A stretch of 63,966 bases of DNA, filler included, from a bacterium (GCA_040757115.1; 7 parts of 7 records of this genome joined end to end with filler, not necessarily neighbours in it); one strand, 5' to 3'; counted from the first letter of the whole stretch, positions 20,749 through 31,428 are shown. Numbers and translations are program-made. Notes: generated by a model from the letters alone, not told the origin.

Positions 20749-21928
20749 ATGGTTTTTGCAAAAGTAAGTTCCACTTTTTTAACCTGGTTTTATAAGAACA
20801 GGTTTTAGTCCAAGAGAAGTGAATACTTGCTCTCTTTGATCTTTGACATCTTCAAGAAAGTCTTGAGCTCCTTGGATGACTTCTTGTATTTCGGTCCAAG
20901 GGTGATTATGGGTAACACAGCGGCGCATCCATCTCCATAATCGTTCCATAGGGTTTAACCATGGAGCATATGTCGGTAAGGGTAACAACTCGATACGGGA
21001 ATGTTTCTTTAGCCAATCTTCAACTGAGTTGCTAAAATGAACTCCCCAATTGTCCAAAACAATCGTAATTCGTTTAGCCCACCAATATGTTTGCTCGACT
21101 TGCTCTAAGAATGTAATGAAAGAAGTAGATGCTCCTGTGAGACTAATTAGGTAAAGGATTTTTCCATATACCGCGTTGACTGCTCCAAAAATACAGCGTG
21201 TACTCTCTGAGGTGCCCTTACCAACCTGAGGAGGTTTACTCCCTTTGGGAAAGTAACATTTGCTTAATGTAGGTCGACGTCCCAGGTGACATTCGTCCTC
21301 ATAAAGAAATACATTCTCATCAGAGCAAACTTGTGCTTTTTGACGACGTTCTTCTATCAATGCAACTTTGTTTAGATATTTAGGATCTGGGCTCCAACAT
21401 CGATGAACTGCGCATTTGAAACGGATTCCTGCGCGGCGAAGTGTCCTCCATACAGTAGCTTGAGAAACCTGAATGTTTTTTAGAATTATCTCTTTCAACA
21501 GAACTAATGTCCAGGTAGAGTGAGGTTCTCCATAAGCTCTTGGATTACTTCGGGCTGCTTGCACTAATTGTTGTGTTTGTTCTGGGTTTATTTTTTAATG
21601 CCGTCCCTGTCGAGGACGGCTATATAACCCTGAAATTCCCTCTTTCTCATAGCGACGTATCCAGTAGCGGACTTTTTTCTTAGACATCTGCAAAGCATCA
21701 GCAATGTTTGGTACAGAAACCTTCTTAGCTGATAACTGAATTATTCTAACGCGCCGCCAGAGACATGCAGAGGGAGGCCTTCGAGAGAGAAGAGTCAATT
21801 CTTCTTGCTCTTCTTCAGTTAATATTTTGACAAAGATCATTTTTTCCCTCCTTTGTCGATAGATTTTTCTCTACTATATTTATCGGCAAGAGAGGCAAAA
21901 AAGTGTAACTTATTTATGAAAAAATCAT
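20749..21928 (-). mobile_element. IS630-family insertion sequence
   Basis: Imperfect ~30-bp TIRs; HTH ORF plus DDE ORF; ends uncertain by 1-2 nt. Confidence 0.9.
20779..21840 (-). CDS. IS630 transposase, frameshifted near 21595 (ORFs 21595-21840 and 20779-21564)
   Basis: YEDE, VLDN, LPTYAPWLNPMERLW; the upstream HTH ORF ends GRH* next to an A7 run. Confidence 0.88.
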
Positions 21929-22069
21929 TAGCCTCGCTTCTGGCAAGCCAAAAGGCGAACCTAAAGATTCGCACTACATTTATGGGATGTCAGAGGTTAA
22001 TTCGTGTGCATTTGTGGTTAATTTCCTTAATTCTCTGTGAACTCTGTGCCTCTGTGGCTGAACGGTTAC

Positions 22070-22569
22070 CCAATTTCTTTATTGGCATAAATGAACTTAA
22101 ATCTATCCTTAAGGATAAAACAAGTGTTTTTTCTGTTTCTCCTCAAGGTATTTCAAAGGTTTGTTTCTTTAAAGACCATTTTTATAAGTTAGTTCCAACT
22201 GAAGGCTATCCGACTATTGAGATTAATGGAATACGGATGCATCAAACTAAGAATATGACCCCTGACCAGGATACAAAACTAAAGATAGAACTCCTGCATA
22301 TATTTAAAAACGCAACGATATTAGACATTTGCACCGGGCCTGGCTATACAGCCATTGAGGCTTATAAAAAAGGTGCAGAGGTAACTACTATTGAAAAAGA
22401 TATCTGTGTTCTCGAAATAGATAAAATTAATCCATATTCTAAGGAATTATTTGAAGGAGGGATAAAAATTATTATTGCTGATGCCTTTAATGAGGTAAAA
22501 AGGTTTTCTGTCTCGTATTTTGATTTTATTGTTCATGACCCGCCAAGATTTGCTTTATCTCCAGGTTGA
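22070..22569 (+). pseudogene. Truncated SAM-dependent methyltransferase (archaeal COG2521-like)
   Basis: YKLVPT..PTIEINGIRMH, LDICTGPGYTA, HDPPRF. The 5' end is replaced by a MITE and the gene stops at a heptamer repeat tract. Confidence 0.7.
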
Positions 22570-22628
22570 TAGTTGATAGTTTCATAGACTATCAACCATC
22601 AACCATCAACTATCAACTATCAACAATA

Positions 22629-23306
22629 CTATGGGGATTTTGATAGAGAAATGAGTGGGCAATTGGGACAATCAGGTTTTGTCTTACATATCTCTTTTCC
22701 CAGTTGAACAATCAAGGCGTGGAATTCATTAAATACCTGCACATCATGAGGTAAGTTGAGCATAAATAGGTTTTGAATCTGGGAATATGAGGCTTTTTCA
22801 TTAATGAGATTATGTCGGGTTAAAATTCTTCTTGTATAGGCATCAACGACAAAAACAGGTTTATTCCCGGCATATAACAAGATAGAATCTGCGGTTTCTA
22901 ATCCAATCCCATTTACCGTTAAAAGTTCAGCCCGTAGTTCCCACATTTCTCCTTTAAACATCTGGTCTAAATTACCCAAATAGCGGGCAAACAGGAATTC
23001 AATAAACGCCTTTAGTCTTTTAGCCTTGAGTTGGTAATATCCCGCTGGTTTAATTAATGTGGATAGTTCGTCTTGAGGGATTTCTTTTAATTTTTCAGGT
23101 TCTAATAAGTTATGTTCTTTCAGGTTGTTAATTGCTTTTTCGACATTTGTCCAAGCAGTATTTTGGGTTAGAATAGCCCCAATGATTATCTCAAAAGGTG
23201 TGTCTCCAGGCCACCAGTGTCGTGGTCCAAAAGCCTTAAAAAGCCGCTCATAAATCCAATTAAGAACTTGCTCTTTTTGACTACCTTGTTTTTTATTAAT
23301 TGACAT
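22629..23306 (-). CDS. Endonuclease III-related HhH-GPD protein
   Basis: GAILTQNT, GIGLETAD, VVDAY, C-terminal Cys cluster. Confidence 0.9.
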   Translation of the reverse strand: MSINKKQGSQKEQVLNWIYERLFKAFGPRHWWPGDTPFEIIIGAILTQNTAWTNVEKAINNLKEHNLLEPEKLKEIPQDELSTLIKPAGYYQLKAKRLKAFIEFLFARYLGNLDQMFKGEMWELRAELLTVNGIGLETADSILLYAGNKPVFVVDAYTRRILTRHNLINEKASYSQIQNLFMLNLPHDVQVFNEFHALIVQLGKEICKTKPDCPNCPLISLSKSP

Positions 23307-23347
23307 TTTTACCCCCTTTTTTTTACATACCCCCTTTTTGATAATTC

Positions 23348-23653
23348 GTAACCGTTGAGGTGGTAATTTACCGCAGAGACGCAGAGGACACACCCCTAAC
23401 CCCTCTCAAGAGGGGACAGAGAAGACATAGAAATAAATCAGATAACAGAAAAGAGAGTAGAAAGTAGAGAGTAGAAAAGCACAAGGTTTTCTGACTACTA
23501 ACTATTGACTACTGACTACTGATTTAATGTTGCTGGACTCAAGAGTTTGCTCTGATGAAAATCAGGGATGTTAAGCGTCTCGTCCATAGATTTTCCCCTC
23601 TTAAGAGGGGTTAAGGGTGTGTTTTTCTCTGCGTCTCTGCGGTGAACGGTTAC
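23348..23653. mobile_element. Family-C IS66-type MITE
   Basis: GTAACCGTT TIRs; EINQITEK, FNVAGLK and VKRLVHRF GxxExxY remnants. Confidence 0.7.
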
Positions 23654-23707
23654 AGAAGTTCAAATAAGTAAGTAAAATTTAGTAGCAGATAGGTTATAAT
23701 TAAAAGG

Positions 23708-24931
23708 TTATGATTTTTTATTTTTTCTCGTCTGGATAAATGTCTCTATGAGGTTTGGGTCATGTTGATACCCGGCATTTTTAACTAATTCATCTATTGC
23801 CTGTTCTTCAGTCATTGCCTCACGATATGCCCTTTTAGAGGTCATTGCATCAAATGCATCCGCAACTGCAATTATCCTTGCCATTAATGGGATTTCCTCT
23901 CCCTGTAATCCATCAGGATAGCCTTTACCATCATATCTTTCATGATGGTGTTTAATTCCCGGAACAATCTTTACCATATCTTCTTTTGGAATAAGTAACC
24001 GTGCTTCTCTAACTGCGGCTAATGTTCTTTTCATATCTTCAGCTGGCTGAAGGATTTTAACTCCCTTTAGCGGATGTTCCTTCATTATTCTCCATTCGTC
24101 ATCATTTAACTTGCCAGGTTTATCTAAGATAGCTTCCGAGATACCAATTTTACCCACATCATGTAATCTGGCAGTTAATTCCAGAATATTTTTATCCTTT
24201 TCAGACATCTTTAATGCCCGAGCAATATCCAGTGAAAATTCAGTCACTCGTTGCGAATGACCTTCTGTATAGGTATCTTTCTCGTCAATAGCTGATGAGA
24301 GAGAACTTACTGTGGTGATAAACAAATCTTGAAGTTGACAAAAAAGACGGGCATTTTGAATAGTAGAGGAGACTAAAGTTCCTAAAGCAAAAAGAAGTTT
24401 GGCATCCGGGGTAAAAAAAGGTTCACCTGAAATCTTATCGCCTAAAACTATCACTCCAATTGGCTCATCCTTATATTTTAGTGGCACACATAAAAGATTA
24501 TTAATTCCTAAAATATGTTCATGAATATTTTTAGAAGATTGGATATTACTATGGATAATATATCTTCCCTCTCTTATTGCCTGGCCCGAAACACCTTCTT
24601 CAGCAATAAATTCAGTTTTAAACCTGTTTAATTTCTCTGGTGAAAAACCTATCTCGGCTCGGATCTTTAGTTTATAGTCTTCTTCATCAAATAACATTAA
24701 ATAGCCATATTTAGTTTCTAAAACATTCATCGCTTTAATCAGAATTTCTACAGGTAACCTATCGACATTGAGCATTGTTCCAAGACTATTGGTAACATCA
24801 TATAATAGAGATAATTCTTCATAAGCCGTGGATAATGCTTCGGTAACATTATCTAATTCCTTTTCTAATTCTTTAATTCTTGAAATGAGTTTTTCATCTT
24901 TAGTCATTTTCTCTCCATTTTTTTCTTTCAT
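23708..24931 (-). CDS. GAF + HD-GYP cyclic dinucleotide phosphodiesterase
   Basis: GHSQRV, LHDVGK, HHERYDGKGYP, RIIAVADAFDAM. Confidence 0.93.
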   Translation of the reverse strand: MKEKNGEKMTKDEKLISRIKELEKELDNVTEALSTAYEELSLLYDVTNSLGTMLNVDRLPVEILIKAMNVLETKYGYLMLFDEEDYKLKIRAEIGFSPEKLNRFKTEFIAEEGVSGQAIREGRYIIHSNIQSSKNIHEHILGINNLLCVPLKYKDEPIGVIVLGDKISGEPFFTPDAKLLFALGTLVSSTIQNARLFCQLQDLFITTVSSLSSAIDEKDTYTEGHSQRVTEFSLDIARALKMSEKDKNILELTARLHDVGKIGISEAILDKPGKLNDDEWRIMKEHPLKGVKILQPAEDMKRTLAAVREARLLIPKEDMVKIVPGIKHHHERYDGKGYPDGLQGEEIPLMARIIAVADAFDAMTSKRAYREAMTEEQAIDELVKNAGYQHDPNLIETFIQTRKNKKS

Positions 24932-24973
24932 TAAGAATACAGAGATGAAATTAGGAGTTAGATTTTTGCACTC

Positions 24974-25492
24974 CTATTCCTTTTCCTCATGCCCATAATT
25001 TGAATAATATATCTTTTCCCGGCTATCTAAGTCATTACAATTAACTCTGATCTCGCCGGTAGTTGAACTGTATATCCAGCCGCCGATATTACTATCTGCT
25101 ATATCTTGAGCCGTCATCAGTTCTTTTTGTGTATCAATAACCTTAACATTGTTAGAATTGGGATTAGCACCACTGGGGGGATGAGACCTTAATCTCGCCT
25201 TTGGGATTTCTAGCATATAATTTGGGACAAAAGCAGGCACATCCTGCCCACCAATATTATGCGGAGTATTATCAAGGCTTTTTGGGAAAATTCCCGGATT
25301 GGTACTATAATAGTTATTAATTGCTACCCGTAGATTAGCCAGATGGTCCTTTGTTTTTGCCTCCCTTGACCGTGTCAGAACTTGAGGTATTCTTGCCACG
25401 ATAATTAAGAGTAAAATGGCTAAGATGAGCACTACTATCATCAACTCCACTAAAGTAAATCCCTTTTTATTTTTTAACATTTTTTTTAACAT
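24974..25492 (-). CDS. Type IV pilin / type II secretion pseudopilin-like protein
   Basis: KKGFTLVELMIVV prepilin cleavage motif. Confidence 0.9.
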   Translation of the reverse strand: MLKKMLKNKKGFTLVELMIVVLILAILLLIIVARIPQVLTRSREAKTKDHLANLRVAINNYYSTNPGIFPKSLDNTPHNIGGQDVPAFVPNYMLEIPKARLRSHPPSGANPNSNNVKVIDTQKELMTAQDIADSNIGGWIYSSTTGEIRVNCNDLDSREKIYYSNYGHEEKE

Positions 25493-25511
25493 TTTTTTCC
25501 CTCCTTTATTT

Positions 25512-25748
25512 GTAAGCGTTCAGGTGGTGTAACAAAAGGAGATGTGGAGATTAAGGAGATAGGGAGATATTATTAAAAAAATTGAAATTAATAGAAACTA
25601 ATAGAAATTTATGGAAATTTGTTGTTTTCCACAATCAATTTCTACCTATTTCTATAAATTTCAATCTATTTCTATTATCTTATCTCCATATCTCCCTTAT
25701 CTCCTTATCCCCCTTCTTACACTTTTGATGCATAGCCTGAACGGTTAC
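25512..25748 (+). mobile_element. Family-A IS66-type MITE
   Basis: 237 bp; 8-bp TSD CTTTATTT. Confidence 0.9.
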
Positions 25749-25979
25749 CTTTATTTTTTTGAATTTCAGTAACTATTTACCACAAAGACACGAAGAAAGG
25801 GATTCGGGAATAAAACAATCTCTTCCTTCCCTAACTCCAAACCCCGATTTTTCCTTTGTGCCTTCGGGCCCTGGTAACTGATTCATATTTAATATACCAT
25901 AATTTTGATAAAAAGTCAACATAAATTTACACAAATGATGAAAAATTTGTTTTATTTGTGCTATTCTATGGTATTTTTT

Positions 25980-26067
25980 TGGTGCCGGAAGCGGGATTTG
26001 AACCCGCACACCCATTCGGGCACATGGCCCTCAACCATGCGTGTCTACCATATTCCACCATCCCGGC
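25980..26067 (-). tRNA. tRNA-Leu (GAG)
   Basis: Acceptor stem GCCGGGA/TTCCGGC plus ACCA, anticodon arm CATGG-TTGAGGG-CCATG, long variable arm, GGTTCAAATCC T-loop. Confidence 0.96.
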
Positions 26068-26128
26068 AATATCAGAGAGTAAACAATGGTCAGTAGTAAA
26101 CTGTTCACCGTTCAGTTTGGACTCTTCA

Positions 26129-26524
26129 TTAATAATAAATATATATCTCCAGATCAGGTCTTGTATTTCGATGGAGCTGACGGAAATCACGGTCAAAATT
26201 TATTTCACTCGTATAACTCAGGACAAGTCTTTTGTTTTTCCCGGTTCCCATTTTGTCTATTAATGAAGTAGGATATTTTAACACTGGCTGTTCTTCTAAA
26301 TCTACATCTTCATTAACTAACCGAAATCCCGGAATTAATCTACCCTTACTTTTTATATAGTCTTCTTTTACTTCCTTAACTAAATAAGTTCGTTCCTTTC
26401 GCTCAAAATAGACATTTGATTTGATTAATACTTTTTTATCCGTAAGTTCTTGTTGAAGAATCTGTAAATTATCCTTTCTTAACTTAGCCCATGGGTCTAT
26501 TTCTCTATCTTTTTGATAAATCAT
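26129..26524 (-). CDS. Hypothetical protein
   Basis: 131-aa ORF with AAGGAAGG SD, between sepS and the tRNA. Confidence 0.7.
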   Translation of the reverse strand: MIYQKDREIDPWAKLRKDNLQILQQELTDKKVLIKSNVYFERKERTYLVKEVKEDYIKSKGRLIPGFRLVNEDVDLEEQPVLKYPTSLIDKMGTGKNKRLVLSYTSEINFDRDFRQLHRNTRPDLEIYIYY

Positions 26525-26569
26525 AAATAACCTTCCTTAATAATTATTATACCCAAAAATCTCATAATG

Positions 26570-28138
26570 TCAACAATTTTTTATTTGTGCTTTTAGTCCA
26601 AAAAACAATGGTCCACCTACCTCTATTTTTTTGTTATTAGCTGTAATATATCGATTTACAAAATCAGGGATAAAAAGGTTAATCTCACTGGGGCGTTTAG
26701 CCATTTTGTAGCGTTCATCAATGGTATTTTTACCTTCTTTAATTGCCTTTTCTAATTTAGCCACAAAGCCATTGACAATATTATTCAAATAGATTAAGTT
26801 AGTCTTAATTCCATCTACTCGAGCTAAATTAGCCAGATTGCTTAATTTCCCTTTTTGTAATTGGCTCGATAATCCTATGATATTGCCTTCATAGACATAT
26901 ATTTCATTAAAAGCGGCAAAAGAAAGCATTGGTTTTCCCACATCCCAATTATAGACCCAAACTTTTATCTGTTCATCTTGATATGCTAAAATTTCTACAG
27001 GTCCAATATCATCCTTATGCAAAGTTGCAGTTTCAATTAACGATTGAGCTAATTTTTCCCCCATAGCCGTTGTTGGAAATCCTTCTACGGTTAGTTCTTG
27101 AGTAATATCTTCATCAGTTAATTTTTGTTCTTCCCCATAGACTAAAGTTCGTATATCAGATACCTTTTGTTCAAGCATGGCTAATCTTTCTACCCCAAAA
27201 CCTAAGTTAAATACAGGGTATTTAATATCATAATTTGCCAATGCCACCGGGGAATAAAATCCAATATTAGCCACTTCAATCTGTTGAGTTCCTATTTGCG
27301 AATAGACCTCATATTCTGAACCTGGTGTGTAGTATTTACTCGTAACCTTCTTTTTAATAAATTCGGGTTTGCCAAACCCCAGTTCAAATAAGACCATTTT
27401 AGTAAATTCAATTCCATCTTCTGCGGTTATTTCATCATTCATAATTACGACTGAGGCAGATGTGCTTTCGTATAAATGATGCGGGTCAAGTCTTTGTTCC
27501 CGTCTAAATCGTGAACCAATGGAAAAAAGTTTCACCGGAATTTTAGTTTGATTTTTAGATAAATAATTAAACCATGCCGCGGTCATATGTGAGCGTAAGG
27601 TAAATTTAGTTGGAATTGGTTTTAACGCCTTAAATTCTGGAAAAACCCGGTCAATGATTAAAGTCGCTATTTCTTCTTTAATATCAAGATTTTTGACTAA
27701 TTCCTCAATCAAGTCATCACTTTCTATTGTTCCTTTTTTAAAGGCACGGAATACCTCTTCTATGTTTTTTTCTTTTTTAAAATCAGGTATAATCTTTTTT
27801 ATTTCCTCAATCTTACGATTACTAATGCCAATATCAGGTCTTGGTAAGCCTGCCAGGTAAAATATCCTATCTAAAATCACCGGTGCCTCTGGTCCATACT
27901 GACGATATACCTCGCCTTCCTCAATAATCGCTGGATTTATTATTTCATCTAATCCAAGTCGTAAGAATACCTCACGGAATTTTAGATTAAGTGAAATAAT
28001 CGGATGTTCTTTACCTCGAGTGGGTTGTTCCCAGAGCATTTTTCGTCCGCTTAAATTAACTAATTTTGCTGTTTCTAACCATGTTTGTTCAAAATCCTTT
28101 TTAGCCTTTTCCTTAATTTTTCTTATATTATATTCCAT
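26570..28138 (-). CDS. sepS: O-phosphoseryl-tRNA(Cys) synthetase (SepRS)
   Basis: QYGPEAPVILDR.FYLAGLPRPDIG, TLRSHMT..WF, KLFSI..FRREQ..D, NLGFGVERLAM; PheRS-related class II fold with a SepRS-type C-terminus. Confidence 0.92.
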   Translation of the reverse strand: MEYNIRKIKEKAKKDFEQTWLETAKLVNLSGRKMLWEQPTRGKEHPIISLNLKFREVFLRLGLDEIINPAIIEEGEVYRQYGPEAPVILDRIFYLAGLPRPDIGISNRKIEEIKKIIPDFKKEKNIEEVFRAFKKGTIESDDLIEELVKNLDIKEEIATLIIDRVFPEFKALKPIPTKFTLRSHMTAAWFNYLSKNQTKIPVKLFSIGSRFRREQRLDPHHLYESTSASVVIMNDEITAEDGIEFTKMVLFELGFGKPEFIKKKVTSKYYTPGSEYEVYSQIGTQQIEVANIGFYSPVALANYDIKYPVFNLGFGVERLAMLEQKVSDIRTLVYGEEQKLTDEDITQELTVEGFPTTAMGEKLAQSLIETATLHKDDIGPVEILAYQDEQIKVWVYNWDVGKPMLSFAAFNEIYVYEGNIIGLSSQLQKGKLSNLANLARVDGIKTNLIYLNNIVNGFVAKLEKAIKEGKNTIDERYKMAKRPSEINLFIPDFVNRYITANNKKIEVGGPLFFGLKAQIKNC

Positions 28139-28147
28139 TATGTTGTA

Positions 28148-28176
28148 ACTATACCATTTATTTATCTCTTTGTCAA
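28148..28176 (-). promoter_or_regulatory. sepS promoter, near-leaderless
   Basis: TTGACA-17-TATAGT, 9 nt before the ATG; no SD. Confidence 0.6.
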
Positions 28177-28569
28177 ATAGTTTTTTTCTTGTACAGTTCT
28201 GAAGAGTAAATTTTCATGATTTTTATTTTTAAGATACAATTTGGGGACAAGATGGTAGGGGACATTAGAAAGGACAGTTCTCTCCTGTGTCTCCTGATAT
28301 ATCAAAATATCGGAGTCAAAAAAAAGATTGTCAATATGATAAAAATATGATATGATATGGATTAAAGAGGGAAAAAGAGGGGTTGCTGGAACAAAATAAG
28401 GTAGCAGTTCTAAGAAGAATTCAGGCGGATTTGGTAAGGTTGAGACAGGTTTTTCAGGATATTATCTACCTCAATCAGTTGTCTGGTAAAGGCAAACAAT
28501 AATCCCCTGGTGAAGTTCTTAAAACTACCAAAAACCTTGACAATGTTTAAGTCCATTGCCTTTGCTCAT

Positions 28570-28790
28570 TATAGCACTTATTAATCGAAATTTGACATAG
28601 ATATGGCTATGAAATTCCAAATCACAAATTCCAAATTCCAAATAAATTCAAATAACCAAAATTCAAAACATTACCCCCATAGTTTGTATTTAGGATTTGA
28701 AATTTGGTGTTTATTTGAGATTTGGTGCTTGGGATTTGGGATTTTTTTTACTTATCCACTCTGAGTAAAGTTTTGACTAATAACTGCTAT
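28570..28790. repeat. MITE-like element with inverted heptamer tracts
   Basis: ATAGCACTTATTA / TAATAACTGCTAT ends; AAATTCC versus GGGATTT tracts. Confidence 0.55.
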
Positions 28791-28894
28791 ACTTCTGCTG
28801 GAAGAGTTGAAAGAGTAGAAAGAGTTGGAAGTGTTGGATGAGTTGAAGGAGTTTCTTCACTTAGACTTACACTGTCACTTACACTGTCACTGAC

Positions 28895-29018
28895 ATAGGT
28901 AAGACTTAGGAAAAATTCAGGGAGTGAAGTTTTGAGGATGGTTTCCCAAAATGTCACTAATTTCCTGCATAAATAGAGTCTATAGTCTTGTGTCTGATGT
29001 CCAGTGTCTGAATCACAG
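28895..29018. repeat. Repeat shared (inverted) with 36871-36990
   Basis: Near-identical reverse complement ending CTGAATCACAG. Confidence 0.75.
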
Positions 29019-29334
29019 TAAAAGATTAATAAACAACGAAACACCCGAAATGCACAAAAAAAAGGAAATTTCTGTCTCTGGTGAATAGATTTTAATTTTT
29101 TCTCTGCGTCTCTGTGTCTGTGCGGTGAACGGTTACCAAATAGGATACCGGTGCGAAATATTCCACAAGTAGTTTAATGCAAATATCAAAATGTCCAAAT
29201 CAAAAGGACAAAGCAAAATGCAAAAATACTTGTAAGGCAATAAAAAAAATCAAATATTAAATATTAAAAATCAAAAATAAGAATAAAAGAATTCCTTAAT
29301 TTTGATATTTGCTCTTTGATTTTTGATATGATAT

Positions 29335-29434
29335 NNNNNNNNNNNNNNNNNNNNNNNNNNNNNNNNNNNNNNNNNNNNTTAATTAATTAANNNNNNNNNN
29401 NNNNNNNNNNNNNNNNNNNNNNNNNNNNNNNNNN
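29335..29434. other. Artificial contig spacer (also 35276-35375, 41216-41315, 47153-47252, 53085-53184, 59014-59113)
   Basis: N44-TTAATTAATTAA-N44, identical at every gap. Confidence 0.98.
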
Positions 29435-29436
29435 TT

Positions 29437-29646
29437 ATGAAATACAAAGTTAATCTTAAAAAAACTGATGAGGGTTATTCTGTGTGGGTACCTGGTTTGC
29501 CAGGTTGTTGGTCACAAGGACAAACTGAAAAAGAATCTTTGGAAAATATTAAGGATGCTATTCAATCATATCTAGCGACCGTTGAAGATATAATCAAGGA
29601 TAAAGAATTACGGTTAGTAGAGGTGAAAGAGATAAGTTATGCCTAA
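29437..29646 (+). CDS. hicB: HicB-family antitoxin
   Basis: VPGLPGCWSQGQT..E..ENI.DAI. Confidence 0.88.
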   Translation: MKYKVNLKKTDEGYSVWVPGLPGCWSQGQTEKESLENIKDAIQSYLATVEDIIKDKELRLVEVKEISYA

Positions 29647-29839
29647 TCTACCTGGGGTAAGCCATCAACGAGCTGTGAAAGCTTTTGAAAAGGTTGGCTT
29701 TTGGATTGCAAGACAAGGGAAACATATAACAATGACAAATGGGGAGCGGATAATTACCATTCCCAGAGCAAATCCAGTTGACGCTTTTACAATGGCAGGT
29801 CTTGTAAGAGATGCCGGTTTGGGTGGTGTCTTAATCTAG
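29639..29839 (+). CDS. hicA: HicA-family toxin, C-terminus replaced by a MITE
   Basis: GF....QGKHITM..TIP; after DAGL the sequence is the GGTGGTGTC MITE end. Confidence 0.8.
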   Translation: MPNLPGVSHQRAVKAFEKVGFWIARQGKHITMTNGERIITIPRANPVDAFTMAGLVRDAGLGGVLI

Positions 29840-30021
29840 CATAAAGGTTGAAATAGTGTAAGAAAAGGAGATATGGGGATTATGGAGATTAGGAGATAAA
29901 TTCATTCTAAAATTTTGGAAAGGACAATGAATAATCTCCATATCTCCCTTTATCTCCTTATCCCCTTTTGGACACCAAATCTGCATAGATTTCACTATTA
30001 GCGTTATTTTCAGACACCACC
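29822..30021. mobile_element. IS1-type MITE
   Basis: GGTGGTGTCT / AGACACCACC TIRs; ends shared with 2519-2861 in inverted orientation. Confidence 0.78.
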
Positions 30022-30264
30022 CAATTTTACACCATAAACAAGGAATTCAAACTTAAAACTTACTCCTAAGTCTCAATGGGGTAAGTATTTAACCGCAGAG
30101 ACGCAGAGGAAAAACAGGAGATAGATTAAATTAAATTCCTGAAAAGGCAGAAGAAACTTTCAGATTTCTCGCAAAGGCGCAAAGGACGCTAAGATGAAAG
30201 TCTATATTTTTCTCCGCGACTCTGCGTCTGGGCGGTGTCTATTCCCTCAAGGAGAGAAAAAGTT

Positions 30265-30999
30265 ATGCAAACACAAACAATATTTAGGATAACAGAACCA
30301 ATAAGGAAACAAATAATAAAGATAGTTGATGAGCGAATAAGAGAAGACTATGTAACAAAGGGAGATTTTTCTGAACTCAGGTCAATAGTGTGGAGTATTG
30401 GGGTTGAAGTAGAGAAATTAGCTGAGGCACAAAAGAAGACAGAGATAAAAGTAGAAGAATTAGCTGAGGCACAAAAGAAAACAGAGACAAAGGTAGAAGA
30501 ATTAGCTGAGGCACAAAAGAAGACAGAGGAAGAGATACGGACACTTGCAATGGAATTAAAAGAAACAAGGAGAGAACTTAAACAAGATATTAAAGATACC
30601 AGGATACAACTGGGTGGTTTAGAAAAGAGTGTCAGCTACGGATTTGAAAATGAGGCTTATCGAATGCTTCCATTAGTACTAAAAGAAAGATATAACATCC
30701 AGATAGACAAGAAATTGATTAGGGTAAAGATGGGAGAAAAAGAAATAAATATATTTGGAAAAGGGAAGATGAATGGAAAAGAGATATTGATAGTTGGTGA
30801 GGCACAACTTAGACTTGATGAGATGCGAAAGGGGGATAAGGAAAGGATATTTCAGGATTTGGAGAATAAAGTAGAGATAGTGAAGAAGGAATACAAACAA
30901 GAGATTGTCCGGTTGTTAATTGCTCATTTTGCTACACCTGGATTTATAAAAGAGGCAGAAGGAAGAGGCATAATCGTCATCCAAAGCTTTGAGTGGTAG
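30265..30999 (+). CDS. Coiled-coil repeat protein with a PD-(D/E)XK-like C-terminal domain
   Basis: Three 14-aa ELAEAQKKTE repeats (42-bp tandem, about 30409-30528); EINIFG..IVGE. Confidence 0.8.
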   Translation: MQTQTIFRITEPIRKQIIKIVDERIREDYVTKGDFSELRSIVWSIGVEVEKLAEAQKKTEIKVEELAEAQKKTETKVEELAEAQKKTEEEIRTLAMELKETRRELKQDIKDTRIQLGGLEKSVSYGFENEAYRMLPLVLKERYNIQIDKKLIRVKMGEKEINIFGKGKMNGKEILIVGEAQLRLDEMRKGDKERIFQDLENKVEIVKKEYKQEIVRLLIAHFATPGFIKEAEGRGIIVIQSFEW

Positions 31000-31036
31000 T
31001 TATAGAGGGATACTTAACCGTCTTCTCTGGAGTACG

Positions 31037-31294
31037 GTAATCGTTCAGGTGGTAATTCACCGCAAGATGCCACAGAGATGCAGAGAAAAAATTAAAATCT
31101 ATTCACCAGAGACAGAAATTTCCTTTTTTTGTGCATTTGGGGTCTTTCGTTGTTTATTAATCTTTTAATACTTACTTTTGACTAACTGTTTTTAAGCCTT
31201 TTTAAACACCAAAAAACGCGAAAAACACGAAAAAAAGATATTTTCCTCTCTGTTTCTCTGCGTCTCTGCGGTAAAGGATTACCTGAACGATTAC
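31037..31294. mobile_element. IS66-type MITE (family-C-like shell)
   Basis: TIR GTAATCGTTCAGGT / ACCTGAACGATTAC; related to 33380-33568 and 29020-29136. Confidence 0.7.
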
Positions 31295-31428
31295 TTTTAT
31301 ATTTTGCTTTTTGCATTTTGAGATTTGGAGGAAATTGATAAAAATAAAGGTTTTAAATACCCGCTTAAAAACTACAGTTTCCTGGTTTTGCAGAACTCTA
31401 ATGGATAATTAATAAAAGGAGAAAAAGT

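Larger units (their letters stand above)
20648..22069. mobile_element. Family-B MITE split by an IS630
   Basis: 20648-20748 plus 21929-22069 reconstitute the reverse complement of 6100-6341. Confidence 0.85.

Noticed and set aside
25749-25980. Prophage or island integrated at tRNA-Leu
   Set aside because: No duplicated tRNA 3' end and no integrase seen in the window.
25773-26271. Short ORFs around the tRNA
   Set aside because: They overlap tRNA-Leu and are spurious.
26129-26524. SepCysE or SepCysS assignment for the ORF after sepS
   Set aside because: Too short for SepCysS and no motif I can recognise; adjacency alone is insufficient.
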